A stretch of 63,865 nucleotides of DNA, counting the filler, from Octopus bimaculoides (taxonomy: Eukaryota), in NCBI RefSeq assembly GCF_001194135.2. It is 9 parts of 9 records of this genome, joined end to end, with 100 filler letters (N's around TTAATTAATTAA, not from the genome) between each part and the next. Parts side by side here need not be neighbours in the genome. Positions count along the whole stretch, not along the records: positions 33,992 to 60,765 come from NC_069009.1; 8 more parts are not named here. The stretch is one strand, 5' to 3'. Position 1 is the stretch's first letter; each line of letters opens with the position of its first letter. The notes beneath the pieces are model-generated. The model did not search any database, was not told where the DNA came from, and saw nothing but the letters and a program-made list of their open reading frames with translations. A program made the translations under genes and the position numbers. Of this stretch, positions 39,498-51,935 are shown in pieces.

Positions 39498-40099
39498 ATA
39501 TGATTAATACAGAATAGTGACTACTCTTCCTGCTGTTGTTGTTAGTGATGCTCGATGATGATGTCGGTGATGTCCAGAAACAGATGTCTTCAACAACAGC
39601 ACAGAAGGAATTTAGTTGCGCAACTGGCTCAGTTGTGACAAACCTTCAAAGCGTGCACGCACATTTATAACAAATCGCAGACATTCCCTTCAGCAATCTG
39701 ATTGGCCAAGATATATTACATAAACAATTTAAGCTAAAAAAAAAGACAAGAAGAAGAAGCAAACACAGGCCTCAGACACCCCTATCACACCCCTACCCAA
39801 ACTGTCCACCTGAAGCAGAAAATGACCTGATCTCACATCAGCTCATTTGGTTGTCTGGAGGTCATGTTGGATAAGTATGAGACAGGGGTAAGATAGGGGT
39901 GTATGAGGCTTTGTTTCTCTGAAAATTTCACAAGAAGTACTACGGGAAAATTGTCACGCCAGTATATATATATATATAAATATATGTATGTGTGTATGTC
40001 TGTTTATGTGTGTGTGTGTATGTGTGTTTATGCGTGTATACGTATACATACTCAAACAAGCATGTTTACAAATTTGTGATTTTATGTATGCTTGCATAT

Positions 40100-41640
40100 A
40101 TATCTATCTAGGGCGGGTAAAGTTCCCAAGAGCCATGGATGAGTTCTGTCTAGCGGTCCTTGTTCCTCATCATCGCTGCTATGTCCTGAGTCTCCTCAGA
40201 GACCAGTGTCTGTTCTTAGGGCATCAACATATGTCATTCTCGGTCTCCCTCTTCAAATGGGGAGACCACTCTTCAAGTATCTACGTAGGGACTTCCATAG
40301 GAGCACTGAGTGCAGTATCAACTGTGAATGACGCTGAGCATGTCAAGCTAACCTCAGTCTACTCTGTTTTATTTTCGAGCAAACTATATCACATTCTGTG
40401 TTCCCAATCCCAGATACAGAAAGTCCTCAGCCAACTCTAGTGACTTCCCGCTTACATTCATAATCTTTTCTGGGTTCTTAATGTTCTCTACCAGATACTG
40501 CGTCTTAATCTCATACATTTTCAGTCCCACCACCTCACTTCAGGATTCCATGTGTGTTGGCACTCCGTCGCTTATGACGTTGAGGGTTCCAGTTGATCCG
40601 ATCAACGGAACAGCCTGCTCGTGAAATTAACGTGCAAGTGGCTGAGCACTCCACAGACTCGTGTACCCTTAACGTAGTTCTCGGGGAGATTCAGCGTGAC
40701 ACAGTGTGACAAGGCTGACCCTTTGAATTACAGGCACAACAGAAACAGGAAGAAAGAGTGAGAGAAAGTTGTGGTGAAAGAGTACAGCAGGGTTCGCCAC
40801 CATCCCCTGCCGGAGCCTCGTGGAGCTTTAGGTGTTTTCGCTCAATAAACACTCACAACGCCCGGTCTGGGAATCGAAACCGCGATCCTATGACCGCGAG
40901 TCCGCTGCCCTAACCACTGGGCCATTGCGCCTCCTGAGGATTCCATAAGCTTCTAAGATCTCCATTAGGCAGTGACGGTCCACAGAATGAACGGCCTTCA
41001 TAAAGTCAATGAAAAGCATGACAGCAGGAAGACTCTTTACTCTAGCTCCTTCTAATATCCTCCTCAGCATTAGGATGTGACTGGTGGTTGATCTTCCCTC
41101 TTTGAAGCCGTTCTGGTTGTCCCTGAGCTTCTTCTTCATCTCGAGCTGGATCCTGTTAAGAATAATCCTGTCCAGGGTTTCTGCCACAAGTGACATCAGT
41201 GAGATCATCCTGTGGTCATTAGTGTAAGAACGATCAGCCTCTTTTGACACTGGGACGATGTTACTGATTCGATACAACTCCTTTTCAAGTGTCTGGTTAC
41301 AGAACTCCAGAACGATATCATCAAAATAATCACCTCTTCATTACCTCTAATGTTACACCATCTTTTCTATAGGCCTTGCCCTCTTTGATTTTCTTCTTGG
41401 CTCTCTAAAGCTTCTCTTTGGCGAAGGGTCCTATCTCAATATCCAGTTCCTCAAACAACTGCCTGATCTCCCCAGTGTTCTAGGTTGTGAAAGGTGGCTC
41501 TGCTAGTAGGGTCTTAAAATGGTCCAGTCATTTACTCTTCCTATCCTCGAGCCCTGTTCCCTTGATCTGACTTGCACTCCCTCTCTTCCACCCTGTGATT
41601 TCATTGATGATCGTACAGCTCTCTTTACACCTAGACCCAT
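40100..41640 (-). mobile_element. RTE-clade LINE remnant, interrupted by a SINE and internally deleted
   Basis: SNIVPVSK...DHRMISLMS...NQNGFKEGRSTTSHILMLRRILE...FIDF.KAVHSVDR...AYGI; beyond the SINE, VGLKM...KT.Y...DFLYLG, RLRLA*HAQRH, GRPRMTYVD; TAGA-like tail. Confidence 0.9.
40552..40936 (-). mobile_element. Full-length tRNA-derived SINE family C with 10-bp TSD
   Basis: Head GGAGGCGCAATGGCCCAGTGGTTAGGGCAGCGGACTC...GGTTTCGATTCCC (A and B boxes); AGGATTCCAT at 40542-40551 and 40937-40946. Confidence 0.93.
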
Positions 41641-41685
41641 CAACCACCCTCTCCACACTTCTGACCATCTCTATCAGTGCCTCTC

Positions 41686-41717
<32 letters not shown>

Positions 41718-43825
41718 TTTAAAATGCAGAGATGCCTATAATATGATATCTAACCCGCTAGAAAGAGCAGCAAAAAACTCTATACCACAAAATTAGGGAT
41801 AATTTCGAAAGAGAATGAAAAATAAAAACATTTTTTNNNNNNNNNNNNNNNNNNNNNNNNNNNNNNNNNNNNNNNNNNNNNNNNNNNNNNNNNNNNNNNN
41901 NNNNNNNNNNNNNNNNNNNNNNNNNNNNNNNNNNNNNNNNNNNNNNNNNNNNNNNNNNNNNNNNNNNNNNNNNNNNNNNNNNNNNNNNNNNNNNNNNNNN
42001 NNNNNNNNNNNNNNNNNNNNNNNNNNNNNNNNNNNNNNNNNNNNNNNNNNNNNNNNNNNNNNNNNNNNNNNNNNNNNNNNNNNNNNNNNNNNNNNNNNNN
42101 NNNNNNNNNNNNNNNNNNNNNNNNNNNNNNNNNNNNNNNNNNNNNNNNNNNNNNNNNNNNNNNNNNNNNNNNNNNNNNNNNNNNNNNNNNNNNNNNNNNN
42201 NNNNNNNNNNNNNNNNNNNNNNNNNNNNNNNNNNNNNNNNNNNNNNNNNNNNNNNNNNNNNNNNNNNNNNNNNNNNNNNNNNNNNNNNNNNNNNNNNNNN
42301 NNNNNNNNNNNNNNNNNNNNNNNNNNNNNNNNNNNNNNNNNNNNNNNNNNNNNNNNNNNNNNNNNNNNNNNNNNNNNNNNNNNNNNNNNNNNNNNNNNNN
42401 NNNNNNNNNNNNNNNNNNNNNNNNNNNNNNNNNNNNNNNNNNNNNNNNNNNNNNNNNNNNNNNNNNNNNNNNNNNNNNNNNNNNNNNNNNNNNNNNNNNN
42501 NNNNNNNNNNNNNNNNNNNNNNNNNNNNNNNNNNNNNNNNNNNNNNNNNNNNNNNNNNNNNNNNNNNNNNNNNNNNNNNNNNNNNNNNNNNNNNNNNNNN
42601 NNNNNNNNNNNNNNNNNNNNNNNNNNNNNNNNNNNNNNNNNNNNNNNNNNNNNNNNNNNNNNNNNNNNNNNNNNNNNNNNNNNNNNNNNNNNNNNNNNNN
42701 NNNNNNNNNNNNNNNNNNNNNNNNNNNNNNNNNNNNNNNNNNNNNNNNNNNNNNNNNNNNNNNNNNNNNNNNNNNNNNNNNNNNNNNNNNNNNNNNNNNN
42801 NNNNNNNNNNNNNNNNNNNNNNNNGTGTGTGTGTGTGGGTTAACCATTTTGCGAACGTGCTGCCTTAGAATAGAGCAAATATTACATCCCATTCGCAATC
42901 ACATCTGACAATGACACGTTTGAGTCTGTCGACATGGCATTGTCTATCTGGACAGTGACACCTTATTCAGTAAATGTTGCACGTCTACACGAACTTTGTT
43001 GTCGGGTTGACCACTGCAATCTCGCACTCGGCCCACGATGGAGGTATGAGATTTTTGTAAAGGTTTTTGTAGAGACACAATAAAACCTCACGTGATATGA
43101 GCTCGGCACTCTCAAGAAAAATTATTCACCGCTACAGTTTTGTAATTAACGAAGTAATTAGTAAAATTACCAAATAATTAATTACTGACTGTGAGCATGT
43201 GTGAGTGTGTGTTAGTGTGTATGTATATATATTGCTATATTCCAAGCCTATAAGCACTCAAACTTACCACCAAAACCAATAATACTTCCACGATTACCAC
43301 CACCACCACCACCACCACCACCACAGCTACCACCTCACCACCACCACCACCGAGACCACCACCGGGACCACCACCATCACCACCACCACCACCACCACCA
43401 TCGCCAACATTACCAATCCAGCCTTGACATACAATTGTTCCATAAACTGAAGCAATCAACCACCGTAACCACTTAGTGAGTATATAGATATATATGTGTG
43501 TGTCTGTGTGTGTATCTATACTAGTCTATTCATGTATACGTATGTATGTGTATATACATACATATATATATATGTATATNNNNNNNNNNNNNNNNNNNNN
43601 NNNNNNNNNNNNNNNNNNNNNNNNNNNNNNNNNNNNNNNNNNNNNNNNNNNNNNNNNNNNNNNNNNNNNNNNNNNNNNNNNNNNNNNNNNNNNNNNNNNN
43701 NNNNNNNNNNNNNNNNNNNNNNNNNNNNNNNNNNNNNNNNNNNNNNNNNNNNNNNNNNNNNNNNNNNNNNNNNNNNNNNNNNNNNNNNNNNNNNNNNNNN
43801 NNNNNNNNNNNNNNNNNNNNNNNNN

Positions 43826-43877
<52 letters not shown>

Positions 43878-44505
43878 TTGAAATTTATAGAAAGACAAAA
43901 GACGAAGACAAGTGTATAAAACAACAAGCACGTGTATTAGTTTGACGCTCGGGAAAGTGAGAAAGTCTTTTACGTTTCGAGCCTACGCTCTTTAACTGAA
44001 AGGAATAGGAGTAAATAAACAGACAGAATGAAAAAAAAACCTTGTAGATTTCAGCGGTCCAGCATGGCATAGATAAGGTAGAAAGTTGTAATATTTCCAA
44101 TGCAGCAATCATTTCGGGCACACGGCTATCAGCACTCTTGAAATGGAATCTTAAGCACAATCGAAATCCTACAAACGTAGGAAATCCAGGTAAAGTACTG
44201 ATAAATTGAATATGTAGGATTTGCAAAGAATAAGATATGTTACAAATAAGCAGACAAAGAATGAATTTGACACATCTTTCGTTGCTATTTGCAGTTGTTT
44301 CGGTACCAACTCTGTTTTCTATGGCATTGCATGCAAAAATTCCATGTGAGAAGTTACGTAATACTTGCAGATTTGTACATTAGAGTGGTATTTCAACAGA
44401 CTTGCATCAAATACTTCTCTCTTGCATTGTAACTGATAATTAAAAACATAATTAAACTCTGTCTTATATGCATTTTATACATACATATATATGTGTGCCC
44501 GTCTT

Positions 44506-44545
<40 letters not shown>

Positions 44546-45206
44546 NNNNNNNNNNNNNNNNNNNNNNNNNNNNNNNNNNNNNNNNNNNNNNNNNNNNNNN
44601 NNNNNNNNNNNNNNNNNNNNNNNNNNNNNNNNNNNNNNNNNNNNNNNNNNNNNNNNNNNNNNNNNNNNNNNNNNNNNNNNNNNNNNNNNNNNNNNNNNNN
44701 NNNNNNNNNNNNNNNNNNNNNNNNNNNNNNNNNNNNNNNNNNNNNNNNNNNNNNNNNNNNNNNNNNNNNNNNNNNNNNNNNNNNNNNNNNNNNNNNNNNN
44801 NNNNNNNNNNNNNNNNNNNNNNNNNNNNNNNNNNNNNNNNNNNNNNNNNNNNNNNNNNNNNNNNNNNNNNNNNNNNNNNNNNNNNNNNNNNNNNNNNNNN
44901 NNNNNNNNNNNNNNNNNNNNNNNNNNNNNNNNNNNNNNNNNNNNNNNNNNNNNNNNNNNNNNNNNNNNNNNNNNNNNNNNNNNNNNNNNNNNNNNNNNNN
45001 NNNNNNNNNNNNNNNNNNNNNNNNNNNNNNNNNNNNNNNNNNNNNNNNNNNNNNNNNNNNNNNNNNNNNNNNNNNNNNNNNNNNNNNNNNNNNNNNNNNN
45101 NNNNNNNNNNNNNNNNNNNNNNNNNNNNNNNNNNNNNNNNNNNNNNNNNNNNNNNNNNNNNNNNNNNNNNNNNNNNNNNNNNNNNNNNNNNNNNNNNNNN
45201 NNNNNN

Positions 45207-45280
<74 letters not shown>

Positions 45281-45715
45281 CATGGGCAAAGCGAAGATTA
45301 AAAGTAGAAAACAATAAAAGTCAAAAGAACGCACACTTAGAATGTATTAGGTTGAAGCTAAGTGTAAGATAAAAATATAAGAATATAACATAACGAGCAT
45401 GGCCCTATGTCAGTAAGAGGAAAGAGGAAAGGTCCAGGGAGAAGGAAACGACGTCCAAGGAAAGCACGTGCATACAGACAATAGGTGAGAAAACACGCAG
45501 TAGTGCCCACGGATGAATTTGAACTTGAACTCCGAATTGTTGATCCAGGACTAAGTTCACAGCTCCAGAACGTCAGGACTGGCTTTCACTGAAATCGAAG
45601 GCGACATGATATGGAATAGAGGTAGTGATGGTGATAAACAGTATTAGGCGTGATACTTTCATACATACGAGTGTATGTATGAATGTATATAATATATGTA
45701 TATGTTTATCTTATC

Positions 45716-45759
<44 letters not shown>

Positions 45760-45860
45760 TTATCTCTCCCCCTCTCTCTCTATATATATATACATATATA
45801 TATGAGAGTATTGTAGTTAGCTTGAAGCATTGAGTATTGTTTGTAAAGAATAAAACGTTT

Positions 45861-46154
45861 AGAATGGTACAACAATGCACTATAAAACAAAAAATGGACG
45901 ATATACCTGTTGTAATTTGGTTATCTATAGTCCGATGATATTTCGGAATTACAATTCCTTCTTCAGATCTTCTTAGCTGGAGTCTCTGCTATAAACTATA
46001 AACTCCGCTATAAAGTTTATAGCAGAGACTCCAGCTAAGAAGATCTGGAAAAAGAATTGTAATTCCGAAATATCATCGGACTATAGATAACCAAATTACA
46101 ACAGGTATATAGTCCATTTTTTTTTTGTTTTATAGTACATTGTTGTACCATTCT
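45861..46154. mobile_element. ~294-bp near-perfect palindrome (fold-back MITE)
   Basis: AGAATGGTACAACAATG...CTATAAACT / AGTTTATAG...CATTGTTGTACCATTCT; arms ~140 bp each. Confidence 0.92.
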
Positions 46155-47439
46155 NNNNNNNNNNNNNNNNNNNNNNNNNNNNNNNNNNNNNNNNNNNNNN
46201 NNNNNNNNNNNNNNNNNNNNNNNNNNNNNNNNNNNNNNNNNNNNNNNNNNNNNNNNNNNNNNNNNNNNNNNNNNNNNNNNNNNNNNNNNNNNNNNNNNNN
46301 NNNNNNNNNNNNNNNNNNNNNNNNNNNNNNNNNNNNNNNNNNNNNNNNNNNNNNNNNNNNNNNNNNNNNNNNNNNNNNNNNNNNNNNNNNNNNNNNNNNN
46401 NNNNNNNNNNNNNNNNNNNNNNNNNNNNNNNNNNNNNNNNNNNNNNNNNNNNNNNNNNNNNNNNNNNNNNNNNNNNNNNNNNNNNNNNNNNNNNNNNNNN
46501 NNNNNNNNNNNNNNNNNNNNNNNNNNNNNNNNNNNNNNNNNNNNNNNNNNNNNNNNNNNNNNNNNTATACATATAGAAGGTTTAGATTTAGATTCAAGAT
46601 TGAATATAGTACTTATGTTTAGGCACCAGAATATAGTATGGTATGGTATTATACAAAAACCATTCCAAAAACCATTTAATGTAATGCTCGCATTACTTAA
46701 ATAAATGGAGTAGCATGAAACGCGCGTACTGCAATCATCTTTGAAATCCGTGTTGCTTATTTTGTTGCGGCAGTACTATCATATGACCCCCATAGTTTCG
46801 CCAAATAGTTCGTCATTGTGCGAATTTTTCACCCGTGCTTTACTGAGTAGAGGTAGTGATAGTGATAAACAGTATTAAGCTTGATGCGTTCATACATACC
46901 AATGTACGTATGAATGTGTTTCTCTCGCATGTCTGATAAAATCTATGTCTATAGGTTCAATATCGACTTATGATTTAACAAATTCAATAGCTTTATCAAG
47001 CAGTAATCTAGATATAGAGAGAAAAATATCTATAATATAAAACTTGGTAAAATTAGCCTTATTCTTATTCTTGATATGCTTAAACCAATCTATTACAGGA
47101 AAAACTTCTATACCATTGTTGAAGACCAGTAATTTCCCTTATTCTATTATTAATGTTTCTAGGTATTCTTTTAGCTAGTAGCGCAATTTCAGATCTCGCT
47201 GGGTTTAACAATCTACAAGTAGGCGTATTAAGAAAATTAGGCTTATGGTCTTGTAACGTAATAGCGCTTCTCTCTTAGCTAAGCATTCTAATCTATCACC
47301 GTTATTACTACATTTAGTGAGGAACCATTACTGATGAAGATAAATTCTTCGCTATTAAACAAATTAAGATATAAATACATTTACATATTTGTGAGAGAAA
47401 GAGAGAGAGTGAGTGAGTGTCTTTGAGTCTGTGTTCGAT

Positions 47440-47685
47440 CTCCCACCCCAATAGTTAGCAACCGGTTTTGGTGTCTACGTCCCCGTAATCTAGCAAGTGA
47501 ATTTGTGTGTCTTTATAGGTATTTTGTTTGTCCCCCACCACCATCGCTTGTCAACCGATTTTGGTGAGTTTGCAGTTCGGCATAAGGGACCGATAGAATA
47601 AGTATTAGGCTTAGAAAGAATAAATTCTAAGGTCGATTTGTTCAACTAAAGGCGCAGTCAAATGACTGAAACAAGTAAAAGAATA
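47440..47685 (+). mobile_element. SINE family A 3' portion, partly duplicated
   Basis: CCCCACCACCATCGCTTGTCAACCG...CAGTCAAATGACTGAAACAAGTAAAAGA. Confidence 0.8.
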
Positions 47686-47884
47686 TATTTATATAATTTA
47701 TTTATACATAAACAATCTATTTATAATCAGTAGAAGTTACGCAAGAGCCGAGACTTTATATATGTATTATCCCCTCGCAACTTGTAACGGGTGTTGGTTT
47801 GTTTACGTTGCCGTAACCTTAGTGGTAAGGCAAAAGAGACCAGTAGAATAAATTGATTTTAAATTTTGACTCGAGGTCAGCAAT

Positions 47885-48240
47885 ATCTGGTGGGGTCAGT
47901 CCATTACAACGACCCATGTGATCAACTGGTGCTTGTTTTATGAACCCCGAAAGAAATGAAAGATAATGTCTAACTCGGTGGAATTTGAACTCAGAACGTA
48001 ATGCCGCTAAGCATTTTGCCCGCTGCGGTAACGGTTCTGCAACTTATAGTAAGAAGAACATATTGGTTCTAATTTTGCTCAAAGCCAGCAATTTCGGACA
48101 GTGGGGTCAGTGGATTGCATCGATACCAATACTCAACTGGTACTTATTTTATCGACCCCGAAAGGAACGCAACGTTGAATGAAATGTGGATAAACCATTT
48201 TGCTCGGGGTGTTACCGTTTGTGCTAGCTCACCGCCTTAT
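47885..48240 (-). mobile_element. Two SINE family B fragments in tandem
   Basis: GGAATTTGAACTCAGAACG...CTAAGCATTTTGCCCG; TACTTATTTTATCGACCCCGAAAGG...AGCTCACCGCCTT. Confidence 0.75.
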
Positions 48241-49340
48241 TAGTAGAATACTCAATTTTTAAAAAAATATTGCAGTTGATTTGTTTGCATAAAATCCATG
48301 AAGGTGGTGCCCCAGTATGGCCGCAGTGCAATGACTAAAAATAAGTAAAAGATAACAAAAATGACATGATATAAGTATGTACTAAAAGATCTCGGTTTAG
48401 TTTACCACTAAAAACCTCCGGCTTAAACTGCATGTAAAACACGGATGGCCTTGAAGCTATCTATGAATGAAGCATATACATACATGCAAATATATATATA
48501 TATGTATATACATACATACATACATATAGACATACGTATATATANNNNNNNNNNNNNNNNNNNNNNNNNNNNNNNNNNNNNNNNNNNNNNNNNNNNNNNN
48601 NNNNNNNNNNNNNNNNNNNNNNNNNNNNNNNNNNNNNNNNNNNNNNNNNNNNNNNNNNNNNNNNNNNNNNNNNNNNNNNNNNNNNNNNNNNNNNNNNNNN
48701 NNNNNNNNNNNNNNNNNNNNNNNNNNNNNNNNNNNNNNNNNNNNNNNNNNNNNNNNNNNNNNNNTGATATATGTGTGTGTATATATAAATATATATGTGT
48801 ATGTGTGTGTGTGTGGGGGGTGCATGTATGTATGGGGAAGGGGATGTGGGTGAGTGTATATAGGTATATATATATATATATATATATAAATCCCATCCAG
48901 GTGTATATATGCATATACATTTGAGACAGCGAGAAAATCTCTGCGAAACTTCCTAAACAACAAGTTTTATCTTAAATCCTTGGTGGAAATCTTCACACGC
49001 CATTGTTGCAAGTAAGTGAGCTTGCGTTGTAAGACGTAAAGAAAACTTACTTAATCACCATAAAACAAAATATTTTATTGCCACAAGGTCAACTAATCCT
49101 TCCGTCAGTGTTTACTAAGCAATACCTCACACCATTACACCAGGTATGACTCCCCCCGCCTACCTCTGTGGTTTTCATTTCAATGTCATTCACTGGCTGA
49201 CATAAAAATATAAATATATGTGATATGGTTTATTGTGTTTGTGTCGAGAAAAAAATGACTTTTGAACATGAAAATGGGAAATATGTACCGGCATACATAT
49301 ATATTATACATACATAAACTCAAATACACATACATGCATG

Positions 49341-50128
49341 GTATCAAGACAAAATCAACCCCGAGGACAAAATCAACCCCGAGAACAAAATCCCGTGGGC
49401 AAATTCCCCACAGACAAACATATCGACTAATAAAAAATTTTAATATTTTTATAAAACAAAATTTCACTCTTATTTTTATTTGTTTCAATCATTTGACTGC
49501 GGCCATGCTGGAGCACCGCGTTTTAGTCGAACAAATCGACCCCGGACTTATTCTTTGTAAGCCTAGTACTTATTCTATCGGTCTCGTTTGCCGAACCGCT
49601 AAGTTACGGGAACGTAAACACACCAGCATCGGTTGTCAAGCGATGGTGGAGGGACAAACATCGACATACAAACGTACACACACACACACACANNNNNNNN
49701 NNNNNNNNNNNNNNNNNNNNNNNNNNNNNNNNNNNNNNNNNNNNNNNNNNNNNNNNNNNNNNNNNNNNNNNNNNNNNNNNNNNNNNNNNNNNNNNNNNNN
49801 NNNNNNNNNNNNNNNNNNNNNNNNNNNNNNNNNNNNNNNNNNNNNNNNNNNNNNNNNNNNNNNNNNNNNNNNNNNNNNNNNNNNNNNNNNNNNNNNNNNN
49901 NNNNNNNNNNNNNNNNNNNNNNNNNNNNNNNNNNNNNNNNNNNNNNNNNNNNNNNNNNNNNNNNNNNNNNNNNNNNNNNNNNNNNNNNNNNNNNNNNNNN
50001 NNNNNNNNNNNNNNNNNNNNNNNNNAAATCCTAGGCGATATTAACTGCCGGGGTATTTTGTCCGGGGGGGATTTTGTCCTGGTGGGGGGGAACTTTGTCC
50101 TAGTGGGGGGGGGATTTTGTCATAGTAC
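49341..50128. mobile_element. Non-autonomous element with inverted ends built of GACAAAATCCCC subrepeats (possibly MULE-like); contains a nested SINE A
   Basis: Left GTATCAAGACAAAATCAACCCC (core x3); right GGGGGATTTTGTCC (x3-4) ending TTTTGTCATAGTAC. Confidence 0.6.
49470..49692 (-). mobile_element. SINE family A 3' half
   Basis: TGTTTCAATCATTTGACTGCGGCCATGCTGGAGCACCG...CCAGCATCGGTTGTCAAGCGATG. Confidence 0.9.
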
Positions 50129-50334
50129 TTACATGCATACATCCACTCAAATACATGCGCATGATGGTGTTTGTTTCTCATCATCTGCAATTTTTTGCTG
50201 AACAAGCTGTACAAATGATATGTTTTTATATTGATGAAATGTATCTGGTTTATATTAGATCACTTCTTCAATCAAATCGATGTTGCTTGAACAGGTAAGG
50301 GGTTAACCACACATCAAGTGTTGAAGTGATGGCC

Positions 50335-50770
50335 GAGCGACGTGAGATCAAGTGTTTTTTTCCCCCCAAAACACAACGCACTGCCCGGTCCAGGTACTGA
50401 AACCACGATCTGGCGTTCGGGAGTGCAACACGATACCTATCTGGCCATACACCCTAACACACACACTGAAATAAAAGTATATTGGCACTCCGTTGCTTGC
50501 GACAATATGGGTTCCAGTTGATTCGATCAACGGAACAGCCTGTAGCCCTTCAAGCACGCGTGTCCTTAACGTAGTTCTCGGGGACATTCAGCATGACACA
50601 AAATGTGACAAGGATGGCCCTTTGAATTACAGGTACAGCTAATTTTTGCCCGCTGAGTGGACTGGAACAATGTCGAATAAAGTCTCTAACTCAAAAACAC
50701 AACGCACCGCCAGGAATCGAACTCCCGACTTTACGATTATGAGCCGAATATCCTAACCACTAAGTCATGT
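50335..50770 (-). mobile_element. tRNA-derived SINE combining a C-type 3' half with a D-type 5' half
   Basis: TTGGCACTCCGTTGC...CGATCAACGGAACAGCCTG...GCTGAGTGGACTGGAACAATG...GGAATCGAACTC...CCTAACCACTAAG. Confidence 0.75.
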
Positions 50771-51309
50771 ACTTTCACAACACATATTCATATATTTATA
50801 AACACATACAAGCATACAATCAAATATGCATACAAGCATACACATTCATACGCTCAATTACGCTTCTACCTAATACTCTTATAATAACTGTTTGTCATTG
50901 CGTTACTTAGCATGTCGGTAATATTTTCACGGGATTAGAGAGAAAGAGGAAGAAAGAAAAAGGGAGAGAGAAAAAGAGAGAGAGAAGCGTCTATGGCGTG
51001 AGGTGGAGGGAATATAATTGTAACGCTTTCAAGTGATTAGTTGAAGGGAAAGAGAGGAGAAAGAAAAAGGAGAGAGAAAAGAGGATAAGGCAAAGAGTGA
51101 GACAGAAAGAGAGAGAGAAAAGACGGAGAGAGAGAAAAGAAGGAGAGAGAAAAAAGAGCGTCCATGATGTGTAGTTGGGAGAACGTAATATTTACTACGT
51201 GGTTGAGAAAGTTAGTCGAAGATAGTGATATAGAGAAAGAGAGGAATAGAGGTAAAGGATATATTCATCAACAGGAATTACCCACCATCACTAATTGATA
51301 AGGTTTTCA

Positions 51310-51935
51310 ATGTACCCTAACAACTTAGCATCCACGAGCTGAGAGATATCAAGCTAAAGAAGGATTTAAAACGAAAAGCCCTACCATACATTTCCACACA
51401 CAACCCCCCAAAACAATAAAGCCTGCGACGCCATCTTCCAGAACATTCCTTTACTAAAAAGGGACCACAGAAATGAATCAAGTCCTCCAAACGCATATTA
51501 TCATAAAGAGCAAAAGACAACCCAAGTCAATGAAAAGTCTTCTAACACAAGCCCAAGTGCACTCGTCAACAATATAGAAACCGTCAGTAAAAAAAAAATA
51601 CGGAAGACCCAGCTGTGGTATAAGCGTCAACATAATTGAGGGATCGGAGTTCTACTTCAAGCAGGGTCAATGTTTTGCAATGAAACACAACTTCACACGT
51701 CCTTCGGAATACCTAATATATATGTATTAACTTGCTCAGGACGTCGAAAGCAATACCTAAACAGTCTACGCCATTGGATGACTGTACATCGATCCCATAT
51801 TAAGTGAACACATCGATATTTGCGCCTAACTTTAGAATTTTTCCTTTCTATAAATTCAGGGACAATGCAACCTATAATCAGCGCATTAACAAAGTGTCAT
51901 ATTTTATCGTAAAAGATATAACCCCTTTTGAATGC
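51310..51935 (+). mobile_element. Penelope-like element fragment (GIY-YIG endonuclease region)
   Basis: Degenerate RPSCG...F.FKQG..F.MKHNFT..S..LIY.LTCSG...QY...LSEHIDICA.NFRIFPFYK...RINK..YFI, matching the C..C...NLIY.I.C..C..QYIG pattern. Confidence 0.7.

Noticed and set aside
40860-40936. tRNA-like sequence (also about 57085-57142 and 50705-50770)
   Set aside because: These are SINE heads continuous with SINE bodies, one with a TSD; not stand-alone tRNA genes.
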